Position numbers and translations under genes: made by a program. Positions 35,885 through 48,999 of a stretch of 64,000 nucleotides of DNA are shown one piece after another. The notes under the pieces are model-generated. The model was given only the letters and a program-made list of their open reading frames with translations. It had not been told where the DNA came from and searched no databases. The first letter of the stretch is position 1, and each line of letters starts with the position of its first letter. This DNA comes from Mobula hypostoma. Lineage: Eukaryota. Location of the stretch: contig NC_086108.1 of NCBI RefSeq assembly GCF_963921235.1, positions 47,742,001-47,806,000 on the forward strand, given 5' to 3'.

Positions 35885-38800
35885 ATGACTAATTTATTGA
35901 ATTTTTTGAGTTTTAATGTTAACGGGCTTAATGGACCAGTGAAAAGAAAAAGAATCTTAACACATATTAAAAAAATGAAGATAGATTTAGCTTTTTTACA
36001 GGAAACGCACCTAACGGAAACAGAACATCAGAAACTAAAGAGAGATTGGGTGGGTAGTGTTGTTGCAGCTTCATTTAATTCAAAAGCGAGGGGAGTAGCA
36101 ATTTTGATCAATAAAACATTACCGATTAGAATACAAAATGCAATAACTGATTCTGTGGGGAGATATGTGATTATACATTGTCAACTTTTTTCTGAATTAT
36201 GGACTTCTATGAATATTTATGCACCAAACGAAAATAATGCAAAATTCATACAAGAAGCTTTTTTGAACTTGGCGGATGTGCATGAAAAAATATTAATTGG
36301 AGGAGACTTTAATTTTTGCTTAGACCCAGTCTTAGATAGATCAACCAAGGCTGTTATAAAATCGAAGGTAGTAAATTTAACTTTATCATTGATGAAGGAT
36401 TTAAATCTGATTGATATATGGAGAAGAATCAATCCTAAAGAAAGAGACTATTCGTTCTACTCCCATAGACATAAAACTTTCTCAAGGATAGATTTGTTTC
36501 TATTATCAATGCATATTCAACACAGAGTGAAAAATATGGAATATAAAGCAAGAATATTATCAGATCATTCCCCTTTATTAATGACAATAATAATAGCTGA
36601 TAAGGAAGAAGTGGCTTATAGATGGAGATTTAATTCAACATTATTAAAACGTCAAGATTTTTGTGATTTTATGAAAAAGCAAATTCAATTTTTTTTGGAT
36701 ACAAATTTTCATTCAGTGGATGATAAATTTATATTATGGGATGCGATGAAAGCATATCTTAGGGGCCAGATAATAAGTTATACGTCTAAAATTAAGAAAG
36801 AATATATGGCAGAACTAGATCAATTGGAAAAAGATTACAAAAATAGAAAAAGAATCTCAAAGATATATGTCAGAAGAAAAACGAAAACAACTTGTCAATA
36901 AGAAGTTACAATATAATACGCTTCAGACATATAGAACGGAAAAAGCAATTATAAGAACTAAACAAAGGTATTATGAGTTAGGTGAGAGAGCACATAAAAT
37001 TCTTGCCTGGCAGTTGAAAACAGAACAAGCTTCCAAAACAATAAATGCAATTAGAACAAGGGCAAATAAAATATCTTATAAACCTCTTGAAATAAATGAA
37101 ACTTTTAAAAATTTCTATTCTGAATTACATCAATCAGAATCCCAAAATGATGTTAATGAGATAGAAAGGTTTTTATCACAAGTTTCTCTTCCAAAATTGA
37201 ATTTGGAAGAACAGAAGGGATTAGATATGCCTTTTACATTAAAAGAAGTTGAAGAAGCTTTAGGATCACTCCAAAGTAATAAATCTCCAGGAGAAGATGG
37301 TTTTCCACCTGAATTTTATAAAAAATTTAAAGATTTATTGTTTCCTGTTTTTATGGAACTAATATGTCAAGCAGAAAAAATACATAAACTTCCAGAATCT
37401 TTTTCCAACAGCGATTGTAATAGTATTGCCAAAAAAAGACAGAGATCCTATGAAACCAGCATCATATAGGCCTATTTCTTTATTGAATACGGATTATGAA
37501 ATAATAGCAAAAATTTTATCGAATAGATTATCTAAATATTTACCAAAATACATATGGATCAAACAGGATTTATTAAAAATAGACAATTAGCAGATAATGT
37601 AACTCGGCTACTCAGTATAATTCATTTGGCACAAAAAAGGGATGAGAAGAGTATAGTAGTAGCTTTGGATGCGGAAAAAGCATTTGATAGATTAGAATGG
37701 GATTTTTTATTTAAAGTACTAGAAAAATGTGGGTTAGGAACATCTTTTATAAATTGGATTAAAACTTTAAATTCTAACCCTAAAGCTAAAGTGGTGACAA
37801 ACTCTCAAATTTCAACACCATTCCAGTTAAAAAGGTCAACTAGACAAGGTTGTCCACTATCACCTGCTTTACTTGTATTGGCGATAGAGCCATTAGCAGA
37901 ACTAATTAGAATTGATCCTGATACTATGGGTTTTAGAGTTAATCAGGAGGAATATAAAATTAATCTTTTTGCCGATGATGTTTTGATCTATTTAACAAAT
38001 CCACAATATTCGTTACATAAATTATCTTCTAGATTGGATGAATATGGGAAGGTATCAGGTTACAAAATAAATTGGGATAAAAGTGAAATTTTACCTCTTA
38101 CTAAAGGAGACTATAGTCAATGTCGATTAGTAACCCAATTTAGATGGCCGGTAAATGGTATAAAATATTTAGGTATAAGACTTGATAATGATCTAAAGAA
38201 TTTATATAAATTTAATTATTTACCACTATTGAAAAAAATTCAAGAAGATCTTGACAAATGGATGATATTACCAATAACATTAGTAGGTAGAGTCAATGTT
38301 GTAAAAATGAATATATTTCCTAGATTACAGTATCTGTTTCAAACGTTACCAATACAATTGCCACAGAAATTTTTTCAAGAGTTAAATAAATGTGTGAGAA
38401 AATTTCTTTGGAAAGGTAAATTGTCAAGAATATCATTGGAAAAATTGACATGTAAATTTGGGTTAGGAGGGTTACAACTTCCAAACTTTAAAAACTATTA
38501 TAAAGCAAATCAACTTAGATTTATTGCATCTCTCTTCGATGATCGAAAACCAGCATGGATTAAAATAAAACTAGACAAGATAGGAGAAAATAGACCTGAA
38601 GATTTTATATATAAATGGGAATCTAAATTGATACAGGAAAAGAAAGAATCTCCTATATTAACACATTTGATTGATCTATGGAATAAGATAAATGTTGATA
38701 ATGAAACCCAGAAATCTCTATTAGCAAGGAGACCTTTGTTCCAAAACAGACTTATTCCTTTTACAATGGACAATCAACTTTTATATAATTGGTACCAAAA

Positions 38801-40625
38801 AGGGATTAAATTTATAGGAGATTGTTTTGAATGAGGTATATTGATGTCATTTGAACAATTAAAGGATAAATATAAAATATCTTTCTTTAAATCTTTTTAT
38901 TGAGTAAGTATACAAAAAAGGTAAGCCATATAAACATTAATACAATGTTAAAGTACAATAAAATTCCAAAAGATAACAATACCAAAAAGAAAATACTACA
39001 AACAATGTAATTTAAGCATAAGAAACCAAGATAACATAATAGTATACTAGATTTTATATATATCAATGGAAAAAAAAAGAAAAAAGAAAAAAAAACCCCC
39101 CAAAAAAAAACCCACCGTGCAACTACCTAAAAGCAAAGCAAAGCAATGGGCTAACTTGAAACCAAACAGAGTTAAACTTAAAATCACGTCCTCAATCCCG
39201 ACCTCCATTAAAACAGTAAAAAAAAAACAAGAAGGGTAAATATTACATTAAATGAAAATATCGAATAAAAGGTCCCCAAATCTGTTCAAATTTAAATGAA
39301 GAATCATAAAGGTTACTTCTAATTTTCTCCAGATTCAAACATAAAATCGTCTGAGAAAACCAAAAAAAGGTAGTTGGAGCATTAAGCTCTTTCCAATGTT
39401 GTAAAATACATCTTTTCGCCATTAAAGTAAGAAATGCAATCATTCTACGGGCTGAAGGGGAAAGATTACTAGAAATTTTAGGTAGTCCAAAGATAGCAGT
39501 AATAGGGTGAGGAGAGATATCTATATTTAATACCTTAGAAATAATATTGAAAATATCTCTCCAAAAAGTTTCCAAAGTAGGGCAAGACCAAAACATATGA
39601 GTTAAAGAGGCTATCTGCCCCGAACATCTATCACAGAAAGGATTAATATGCGAGTAAAAACGCGCTAACTTATCTTTGGACATATGTGCTCTATGAACCA
39701 CTTTAAATTGAATTAGGGAATGTTTAGCACAAATAGAGGAAGTATTAACTAATTGTAAAATCTGCCCCCAATCATCCACAGAAATGGTAAGCCCCAATTC
39801 CTGTTCCCAATCTACCCTAATCTTATCAAATGGAGATAAATATAAAATATCTAATAATACTTTCTTTTGTTACTTTCAATTAAGGGCTTACTTAAAAGGT
39901 AAGCTGGGTCAAACAATGTTTTTGCCAAAACCCAATGAAATTGAAATTTTAGTTCAAAAAGGGAAAATTAAAAAATTTATTTCTTGTATGTATAATTTGA
40001 TTCAAGAACAGACAATTAAACAAGGAACCCATAAGTCAAAGCAAAAATGGGAAACAGATCTGAATATTATTATTGATGAAACAAATTGGTCAAGACTTTG
40101 TCTTGACAGTATGACAAATACAATAAATGTTCGACTTAGATTAGTACAATATAATATTTTACATCAATTATATATTACACCGCAAAAAATAAATAGATTA
40201 AATTCAAATTTATCTGATAAATGTTTTCGGTGTAATCAAGAAATTGGTACTTTTTTACATTCTACTTGGTCTTGTTTTAAAATTCAACCCTTTCGGATAA
40301 ATTTAAGAATCTTATTGGAACAAATTACTGCAATTCAACTTCCACATAACCCTGTATTATTTTTATTAGGTGATATTGAAGGGATAAAACCGAAACTTAA
40401 ATTGAATAAATATCAGAAAGAGTTTATAAAAATTGCATTGGCAGTAGCTAAGAAGACTATAGCAGTTACTTGGAAATCTGATTTGTATTTAAGTATGGAT
40501 CGTTGGAATAATGAAATGGCTAGTTCTATTCCACTTGAAAAAATTACTTATAATTTAAGAGATAAATATGTAACATTTCTGAATACTTAGCGCCCTTATT
40601 TACAAAAGATAGGATGGCATATTTA
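35885..40625 (+). pseudogene. L1 ORF2 (APE endonuclease, RT, CCHC), disrupted by frameshifts, stops and a nested insertion
   Basis: SFNVNGL, FLQETH, GGDFN, SRID, SDHSP; SPGEDG; LDAEKAFD, RQGCPLSP, LFADD; CFRC...H..WSC after the insertion. Confidence 0.93.
38883..39834 (-). mobile_element. 5'-truncated L1 of a different subfamily nested antisense in the L1 ORF2
   Basis: 18-bp TSD GATAAATATAAAATATCT at 38865-38882 and 39835-39852; ORF 39243-39797 with CDRC...THMFWSC; minus-strand AATAAA near 38900. Confidence 0.92.
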
Positions 40626-41191
40626 AGTGCTCCGATAAAGACTTTGGTTACTTGGGGAAAGTAACGAATAATTATACCAATTTCATTTTGAATCCCATGG
40701 AGCATGTGGAAACCTTCCAATAACCAGGCGGTTCTTTTCTTTTTTTTTCTTTCTTTTTAGATAGGACTATATATGGGGGGGGGGAGGGTTAAGGGGAGGG
40801 GGGAGGGTAGATTCTTTTTTTTCATGTATTCTTTTTGAAAATTCAATAAAAATTATATTACAAAACATTGCCCTTTTGACATTCATTTTCTGTCTCCTGT
40901 TGTAATTTGTAGACCATATCTTTGCTACTGTTTGGAGGTCTGTATACAACTCCCATTAGGGTCTTTTTACCCTTGCACTTCTTTGGCTTTACCCACAATG
41001 ATTCTACACCTTCCGATCCTATGTCACCTCTTTCTAATGATTTGATTTCATTGTTTACCAACAGAGCCACCACGCCTCCTCTGCCTACCTGCCTGTCCTT
41101 CCGTTACGTGTATCTTTCAACATAAGCTCACAACTATAATCTTTTTTCAGCCATGTTTTCAGTGATGTCCACAATGCCATACATGCCTGTC

Positions 41192-41449
41192 TCTAATTGT
41201 GCTACAAGATCCTTATTTCATATACTGCGTGCATTCAAATATAACAGTAAGTCCTGTATTCATCACTCTTTTCAATTCTAACTGTGCTACAAGATTCTTA
41301 TTCCATATACTGCATGCATTCAAATATAACAGCAAGTCCTGTATTCATCACTCTTTTCAATTCTAACTCTGCTACAAAATCCTTATTCCATATACTGCAT
41401 GCATTTGAAATATAACAGTAAGCCCTGTATTCGTCACTCTTTTCAATTT
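41192..41449. repeat. Three tandem 85-bp units within CR1 sequence
   Basis: GCTACAA anchors at 41201, 41286 and 41371. Confidence 0.9.
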
Positions 41450-41771
41450 TGTTCCCCTTTTGCATTGCAACGCACCATGTTGATCGTAATTTTGCCTTAT
41501 CATCAGCCTGTCCTTGCTAGCAGTCTCACTGCACATCACATCTGTTTGCAAACCAACTACCCCATACTTAGCTCTATCATTCCACTTCCCATTCCCTTGC
41601 CAGACTAGTTTATGCCCTCCCAAACAGCTCTAACAAACCCTTCAGGTTCAGGCGTAACCTGCCCCTTTTGTACAAATCATACCTTCCCCAGAAGAGATCC
41701 CAGTGATGCAGAAATCTGAACCTGGAATCCCTGCCTCTTGCACTATTTCCTCAGCCACACATTCACCTACC

Positions 41772-44700
41772 AAATATAACCATATAACAATTACAGCACG
41801 GAAACAGGCCATCTCAGCCCTTCTCGTCCGTGCCAAACTCTTACTCTCACCTAGTCCCACCAACCTGCACTCAGCCTGTAACCCTCCATTCCTTTCCTGT
41901 CCATATAGCTATCCAATTTAACTTTGAATGACAGCATTGAACCTGTCTCAGCCACTTCTGCTGGAAGCTCATTCCACACAGCTACCACTCTCTGAGTAAA
42001 GAAGTTCCCCCTCATGTTACCCCTAAACTTTTGCCCTTTAACTCTCAACTCTTGTCCTCTTGTTTGAATCTCCCCCACTCTCAATGGACAAAGCCTATCC
42101 ATATCAACTCTATCTATCCCCCTCACAATTTTAAATACCTCTATCAAGTCCCCCCTCAACCTTCTACGCTCCAAAGAATAAAGACCCAACTTTTTCAACC
42201 TTTCTCTGTAACTTAGGTGATGAAACCCAGGTAACATTCTAAGTAAGTCTTCTCTATACTCTCTCTATTTTGTTGACATTTTTCCTATAATTCGGTGACC
42301 AAAACTGTACACAATACTCCAAATTTGGCCTCACCAATGCCTTGTACAATTTCAACATTACATCCCAACTCCTATACTCAATGTTCTGATTTATAAAGGC
42401 CAGCATACCAAAAGCTTTCTTCACCACCCTATCCACATGAGATTCCACCTTCAGGGAACTATGCACCATTATTGCTAGATCCCTCTGTTCTACTGCATTC
42501 TTCAATGCCCTACCATTTACCATGTATGTCCTATTTTGATTAGTCCTACCATAATGTAGCACCTCACATTTATCAGCATTAAACTCCATCTGCCATCTTT
42601 CAGCCCACTCTTCTAACTGGCCTAAATCTCTCTGCAAGCTTTGAAAACCTACTTCATTATCCACAATTCCACCTATCCTAGTATCATCTGCATACTTACT
42701 AATCCAATTTACCACTCCATCATCCAGATCATTAATGTATATGACAAACAACATTGGACCCAGTACAGATCCCTGAGGCACACCACTAGTCACCGGCCTC
42801 CAATCTGACAAACAGTTATCCACCACTACTCTCTGGCGTCTCCCATCCAGTCACTGCTGAATCTATCTTACTACTTCAATATTAGTACCTAACGATTGAA
42901 CCTTCCTAACTAACCTTCCGTGTGGAACCTTGTCAAAGGCCTTACTGAAGTCCATATAGACAACATCCACCGCTTTACCCTCGTCAACTTTCCTAGTAAC
43001 CTCTTCAAAAAATTCAATAAGATTTGTCAAACATGACCTTCCACGCACAAATCCATGTTGACTGTTCCTAATCAGACCCTGTCTATCCTGATAATTATAT
43101 ATACCATCTCTAAGAATACTTTCCATCAATTTACCCACCACTGGCATCAAACTCACAGGCCGACAATTGCTAGGTTTACTCTTAGGACCCCTTTTAAACA
43201 ATGGAACAACATGAGCAATACACCAATCCTCTGGCACCATCCCTGTTTCTAATGACATTTGAAATACTTCTGTCAGAGCCCCTGCTATTTCCACACTAAC
43301 TTCCCTCAAGGTCCTAGGGAATATCCTGTCAGGACCTGGAGACTTATCCACTTTTATATTCCTTAAAAGCGCCAGTACTTCCTCTTCTTTAATCGTCATA
43401 GTTTCCATAACTTCCCTAACTGTTTCCCTTATCTTAGACAGTTCAATATCCTTCTCCTCAGTGAATACCAAAGGAAAGAAATTGTTCAGAATCTCCCCCA
43501 TCTCTTTTGGCTCCACAAATAGCTGTCCACTCTGATTCTCTAAGGGACCAATTTTATCCCTCACTATCCTTTCGTTATTAATATAACTGTAGAAACCCTT
43601 GGGATTTATTTTCACCTTACTTGCCAAAGCAACCTCATATCTTCTTTTAGCTTTTCTAATTTCTTTCTTAAGATTCTATTTATATTCTTTATATTCCTTG
43701 AGCATTTACTGCATGCTGCCTATATTTATTGTAGATATCTCTCTTTTCCGAACCAAGTTTCCAATATCGCTTGAAAATCATGGCTCTCTCAAACTTTTAA
43801 CCATTCCTTTCAACCTAACAGGAACATAAAGATTCTGTACCCTCAAAATTTCACCTTTAAATGAGCTCCATTTCTCTATTACATCCTTCCCATGAAATAA
43901 ATTGTCCCTATCCACTCCTTCTAAGTCCTTTCGCATCTCCTCAAAGTTAGCCTTTCTCCAGTCAAAAATCTCAACCCTGGATCCAGACCTATCCTTCTCC
44001 ATAATTATATTGAAACTAATGGCATTGTGATCACTGGACCCGAAATGCTCCCCAACACAAACCTCCGTCACCTGACCTATTTCATTCCCTAACAGAAGAT
44101 CCAACACTGTCCCTTCTCTAGTTGGTACCTCTATGCATTGCTGCAAAAAACTATCCTGCACACATTTTACAAACTCCAAACCATCCGGCCCTTTTACAGT
44201 ATGGGCTCCCCAGTCTATGTGTGAAAAATTAAAATCTCCCACAATCACAATCTTGTGCTTACTACAAATATCTGCTATCTCATTAGAAATTTGCTCCTCC
44301 ACTTCTCACTCCCCATTTGGTGGTCTATAATACACGCCCATAGGTGTTACTACACCTTTCCCATTCCTCAATTCCACCCAAATTGCCTCCCTAGACGAGC
44401 CCTCTAATCTATCCTGCCAGAGCACAGCTGTAATATTTTCTCTGACAAGCAATGCAACACCTCCCCCTCTTGTCCCTCCGGTTCTATCATACCTGAAGCA
44501 ATTAAATCCAGGAATATTTAGTTGCCAATCACTCCCCTCCTGTAACCATGTTTCACTAATAGCTACCACATCATACTTCCAGGTATCAATCCATGCTTTA
44601 AGCTCATCCATCTTTCTTATAATGCTCCTAGCATTAAAATAAATGCATTTAAGAAATTTTCCAGCTCTTACTCTCTGTTTATCACTAACGGTGCAAACAA

Positions 44701-45080
44701 CTTTACTATTTTCTTTTTCTTCTTTCTCCCCTACATCTGTTCCTACACTCTGGTTCCCCTCCCCCCTTGTATCTAGTTTAAATCCACTGGGGCCTGTCTA
44801 GCAAACCTACCTGCAAGAATATTTGTCCCCCTCCAGTTCAGATGTAAACCGTCCCACCGGACCAGGTCCCACATTCCCTGGAAAACTATAAATCTGAAGC
44901 CCTCCCTACTGCACCATATCTTCAGCCACGTGTTGATCTGTGCTCTCTTACTATTTCTAAACCCGCCTGCACGTGGCACTGGTAGCAATCCTGAGATTGC
45001 TATCCTGGAGGTCCTGTCCTTTAACTTGGCGCCTAACTCCCTAAACTCACCTTTCAGGACCTCCTCACTCTTCCTACACA
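41772..45080 (-). mobile_element. Long CR1 LINE: end of ORF1 (SGNH-esterase-like) and nearly all of ORF2
   Basis: DGLHLN (ORF1); AISETWL, YYRPPN, VGDFN, GSSDH (endonuclease); DFSKAFDKV, GVPQGSVLGP, KYADDT (RT); repeated ATATAAC tail. Confidence 0.92.
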
Positions 45081-45384
45081 CATCATCCTATTCTTATCCT
45101 CACTGGCACATGGCACAGGCAGCAATCCAGAGATTACTACCCTGGAGGTTCTGCTTTTCACCTTTCTACCTAGCTCCCTAAAATCTTTCTTCAGGACCCC
45201 CTCACTTTTTTCCTACTGATCTCATTGGTGCTAATATATACCAAGATTTCTTGCTGCTCACCCTCCCCCTTTAGAATGCCATGGACCTGATCTGAGACAT
45301 CTCTGACCCTGGCACCTGGGAGGCAACACACCATCCAGGTGTCTCTATCTCATCTGCAGAATCTTGTCTCTATTCCTCTAACTA

Positions 45385-46554
45385 CGCCCATCTGGACAAG
45401 CCAGCGAGCACTGTGAGGGTCATGTTTTTTGACTTCTCTAGTGCGTTCAACACCATCTGCCCTGCTCTGCTGGGGGAGAAGCTGACAGCGATGCAGGTGG
45501 ATGCTTCCCTGGTATCATGGATTCTTGATTACCTGACTGGCAGACCACAGTACGTGTGCTTGCAACACTGTGTGTCCAAAGGAGTGATCAGCAGCACTGG
45601 GGCTCCACAGGGGACTGTCTTGTCTTCCTTTCTCTTCACCATTTACACCTTGGACTTCAACTACTGCACAGAGTCTTGTCATCTTCAGAAGTTTTCGGAT
45701 GACTATGCCATAGTTGGATGCATCAGCAAGGGAGATGAGGTTGAGTACAGGGCTACGGTAGGAAACTTTGTCACATGGTGTGAGCAGAATTATCTGTAGC
45801 TTAATGTGAAAAAGACTACGGAGTTGGTGGTAGACCTGAGGAGAGCTAAGGTACCAGTGACCCCTGTTTCCATCCAGGGGGTCAGTGTGGACATGGTGGA
45901 GGATTACAAATACCTGGGGATATGAATTGACAATAAACTGGACTGGTCAAAGAACACTGAGGCTATCTACAAGAAGGATCAGAGCCGTCTCTATTTCCTG
46001 AGGAGACTGAGGTCCTTTAACATCTGCCGGACAATGCTGAGGATGTTCTACGAGTCTGTGGTGGTCAGTGCTATCATGTTTGCTGTTGTGTGCTGGGGCA
46101 GCAGGCTGAGGATAGTAGACACCAACAGAATCAACAAACTCATTCGTAAGGCCAGTGAAGTTGTAGGGATGGATCTGGACTCTCTCACGGTGGTGTCTGA
46201 AAAGAGGATGCTGTCTAAATTGCATGCCATCTTGGTCAATGTCTCCCATCCACTACATAATGTACTGGGTGGGCACAGGAGTACATTCAGCCAGAGACTC
46301 ATTCCTCCGAGATGCAGCACAGAGCGTCATAGGAAGTCATTCCTGCCTGTGGCCATCAAACTTTACAACTCCTCCCTTGGAGGGTCAGACACCCTGTGCC
46401 GATAGGCTGGTCCTGGACTTATTTCATAATTTACTGGCATAATTTACATATTACTATTTAACTATTTATGGTTCTATTACTATTTATTATTTATGGTGCA
46501 ACTGTAACAAAAACCAATTTTCCCCGGGATCAATAAAGTATGACTACGACTATG
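45385..46554 (+). mobile_element. 5'-truncated Rex1-type LINE
   Basis: VMFFDFSSAFNTI, GAPQGTVLS, QKFSDD; AATAAA followed by GACTAY repeat tail; possible TSD AACTA at 45380-45384 and 46555-46559. Confidence 0.85.
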
Positions 46555-47799
46555 AACTATGACATCTCCTATCACTGCTGTAGTCCTCTTCACCTCTCTT
46601 CTCTTCTGTCCACTAGTGTCAGAGACCCAGTCACTGAAGCTGCCTGTCCCCCTCAACAGTATCCAAAGCGGTCTACTTATTATTGAGGTGAATGGCCATA
46701 GGGGTACTCTGCATTGGCTGTCCATTTCCCTTTCTCCTCCTGACAGTCCACCCAGTTACCTGCCTCATGCAGCCTAGGAGTGACTACCTCCCTATAGCTC
46801 GTATCTAACACTTCCTCAGTCCCCTGTGTGAGTCAAAGTTCATTGAACTGCAGCTCCAGTTCCTTAACATATTCTCTAAGGAGCTTTAGCTCGGTGCACC
46901 TGGTGCAGATGTGGTTATCCAGGAGGCTGGTGGTCTCCCTGGATTCCCATGTCTCACACACACAGAATAAATCACTGTCTTTGAAGCCATTCTTACTGCA
47001 TTAACTTCAGGTCTGTCTTAAACATAGTACCATTATTTTGATTTGGATGTATTTTCTTAACTTGAAGCACTACGTTATGAAATAACAATATTTCTTTTAA
47101 AGCATAACAATAATTTCAAACTATAGATTAATTTTCCAGCAAAAAGAAATCATTAAAATATTTTTCTAATTCATTAGAAAAATATTAATTTGAAAGATGC
47201 CCATAAGTATATTTTTCTTTGCACCATTCTGCCACTAAGGTATAAAATCAAAATAAAACTCACTGGCCCTCTCTCAACTCCATTGCCATATCTGCTGTTG
47301 ACTCAAGTGGGAAGCAATCACAGCTGCTACCTGACTCACACCATTAAATAATTTTTACTGTTTCTTTTCCAACTATTTTTACAAATAACCACAAAGCACA
47401 ACAGGAATATAGAAGTGAATATTGACCCATAGTCTCTGTGGTGATTTTCAGACCAAGTTGGTAAACTGCTTTGAATTTTATTGGGAGTTTGATAGTCGAT
47501 GGTGAGTTGGAGAGCTTGCAAGAAATGTATATCCCATTGATACCATGTACTTTGTAATGTTAATCAAGATTACCTAGTTTTGATTATCTAAACTGATCAA
47601 TGAGGAACTTTTATATTTACTGTTCCTCATTGATCTGGCCTTTATTTAGTTCTTCACTTCCCTGAGTAGAGAAGTGGATGTGTATTGAGGTGTAAAGTCC
47701 ATTGTAAATGGACACTACAAAGAGGAACAGTGAGAATTATTTCAGGTCTAAATTTTAATTGAAGAAAGATAATGGTTAAGTGGGAATATGAAGCTGGTG

Positions 47800-48995
47800 A
47801 CCCAGAAGTTCAATAAGTATTCAGCCCACACAACTGTTTTCACATTTTACTGTTTCATTTTTAAAATTTAAAATATAATGAATTAGGATTTTTTGACATA
47901 ATCTGCAAAACATTGTGCGTCATGTCAAATCAAAAGAAAAATTTCAGAACTTGGCAACAATTTAATAAAAATTAAAAACCAAAATTGGAGGATGACCTAA
48001 TAAATACCCCTCTCTTTGTAAGGTCCAGTGTGGTGGATTTTCAACAGACCAAACCCAAAGTGAAAACCAGGGAATATTCAAGACAAGTCGGGAAAATGGT
48101 AATAGAGAGGCATAGATCTGGGGAAGGGTACAAGACCATTTCAAACGCACTGAACATGCCTCAGAACTCAATGCAATCCATCGTGACAAAGTGGAAAACA
48201 CATGAAACCACACCCACACTGCCTAGGTCAGGCTGCCCCTCTAAATGTAGTTTCCGGAGAAGAATGGCACTTGTAAGAGAAACTACTGTGATGATAACAA
48301 TCACTCTGGGCTTCAGAAGTCAGTGGCTGCAACTGCAGGTGATGTTCATGGCAACACAATTTTTAAGGCCTTGAACAAAAAGTATATTCATGGAAGAGTA
48401 GCAAGGAAGAAGTCCTGGGCAAAAAAAAAGCATACCCTTGACCGAAAGGACTTTGAAAAGTGACACTTAGAAGATACTGTAACGATGTGGAAGAAGGTCT
48501 TGTGGTTGGATGAGGCTAAGGAGCAAAACTTTTTTGCCTTAGCTCTAAGCAGTACATGTGGTGGTAATCTAATACTGCACATCAACCAGGTAACACCATG
48601 TTTACTGTAAAGCAGGGTGGAGGTAGCATTATGCTGTGGGGATGCTTTTCAGCAGCAGGGACTGGAAATCTGGTCAGGATTAATAGGAAGATGAATGCTG
48701 ATATATGTAGAGAGATCCTGAATAAAAAACCTGCTAGCCTCTGCCAGAAAGCTTAAACTGGGGAGGAAGTTCATCTTTCAGCAGGACAAAGACCCAAAGA
48801 ACACTGCCAGATCAACCATGGAGTGGCTTCAGGTGAAGAAAATTGATGTCCTTGAGTGGCCCAGTCAGGGTCCAGACTTTAATCAGATCGAATATCTCTG
48901 GCAAGACCTCAAGTTTACTGTCTACTGCCGCTCCCCAGCTAACCTGGTATAGCTTAAGCAATTTTGCAAGAAGGAATGATCAGATCATGCTCCAT
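47800..48995 (+). mobile_element. Decayed Tc1 element (Passport-like), right end missing
   Basis: Left end AAGTATTCAGCCC; KTREYSRQV...GEGYKTIS...LPRSGCPSK; downstream [10 protein letters not shown]...[14 protein letters not shown]. Confidence 0.85.
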
Positions 48996-48999
48996 TAAG

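Larger units (their letters stand above)
34177..40866 (+). mobile_element. Near full-length L1/Tx1-type LINE
   Basis: 11-bp TSD ATTGCCCTTTT at 34166-34176 and 40867-40877; short 5' UTR, ORF1, ~480-bp spacer, ORF2, G-rich 3' UTR with AATAAA at 40845-40850. Confidence 0.93.
31990..46990 (-). mobile_element. Old long CR1 LINE fragmented by four later insertions
   Basis: Collinear pieces: 3' end/RT 31990-34176, endonuclease 40878-41770 (GVVYRPPNS), ORF1 region 45085-45384 and 46560-46990; interrupted by a small CR1 tail (~33731-33948), L1, CR1 and Rex1. Confidence 0.7.

Noticed and set aside
39784..40590. Independent 268-aa gene
   Set aside because: It is the C-terminus of the host L1 ORF2; the apparent start lies in the nested antisense L1.
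41192..41449. CRISPR-like array
   Set aside because: Units are contiguous with no unique spacers, there are no cas genes, and the context is a eukaryotic LINE.
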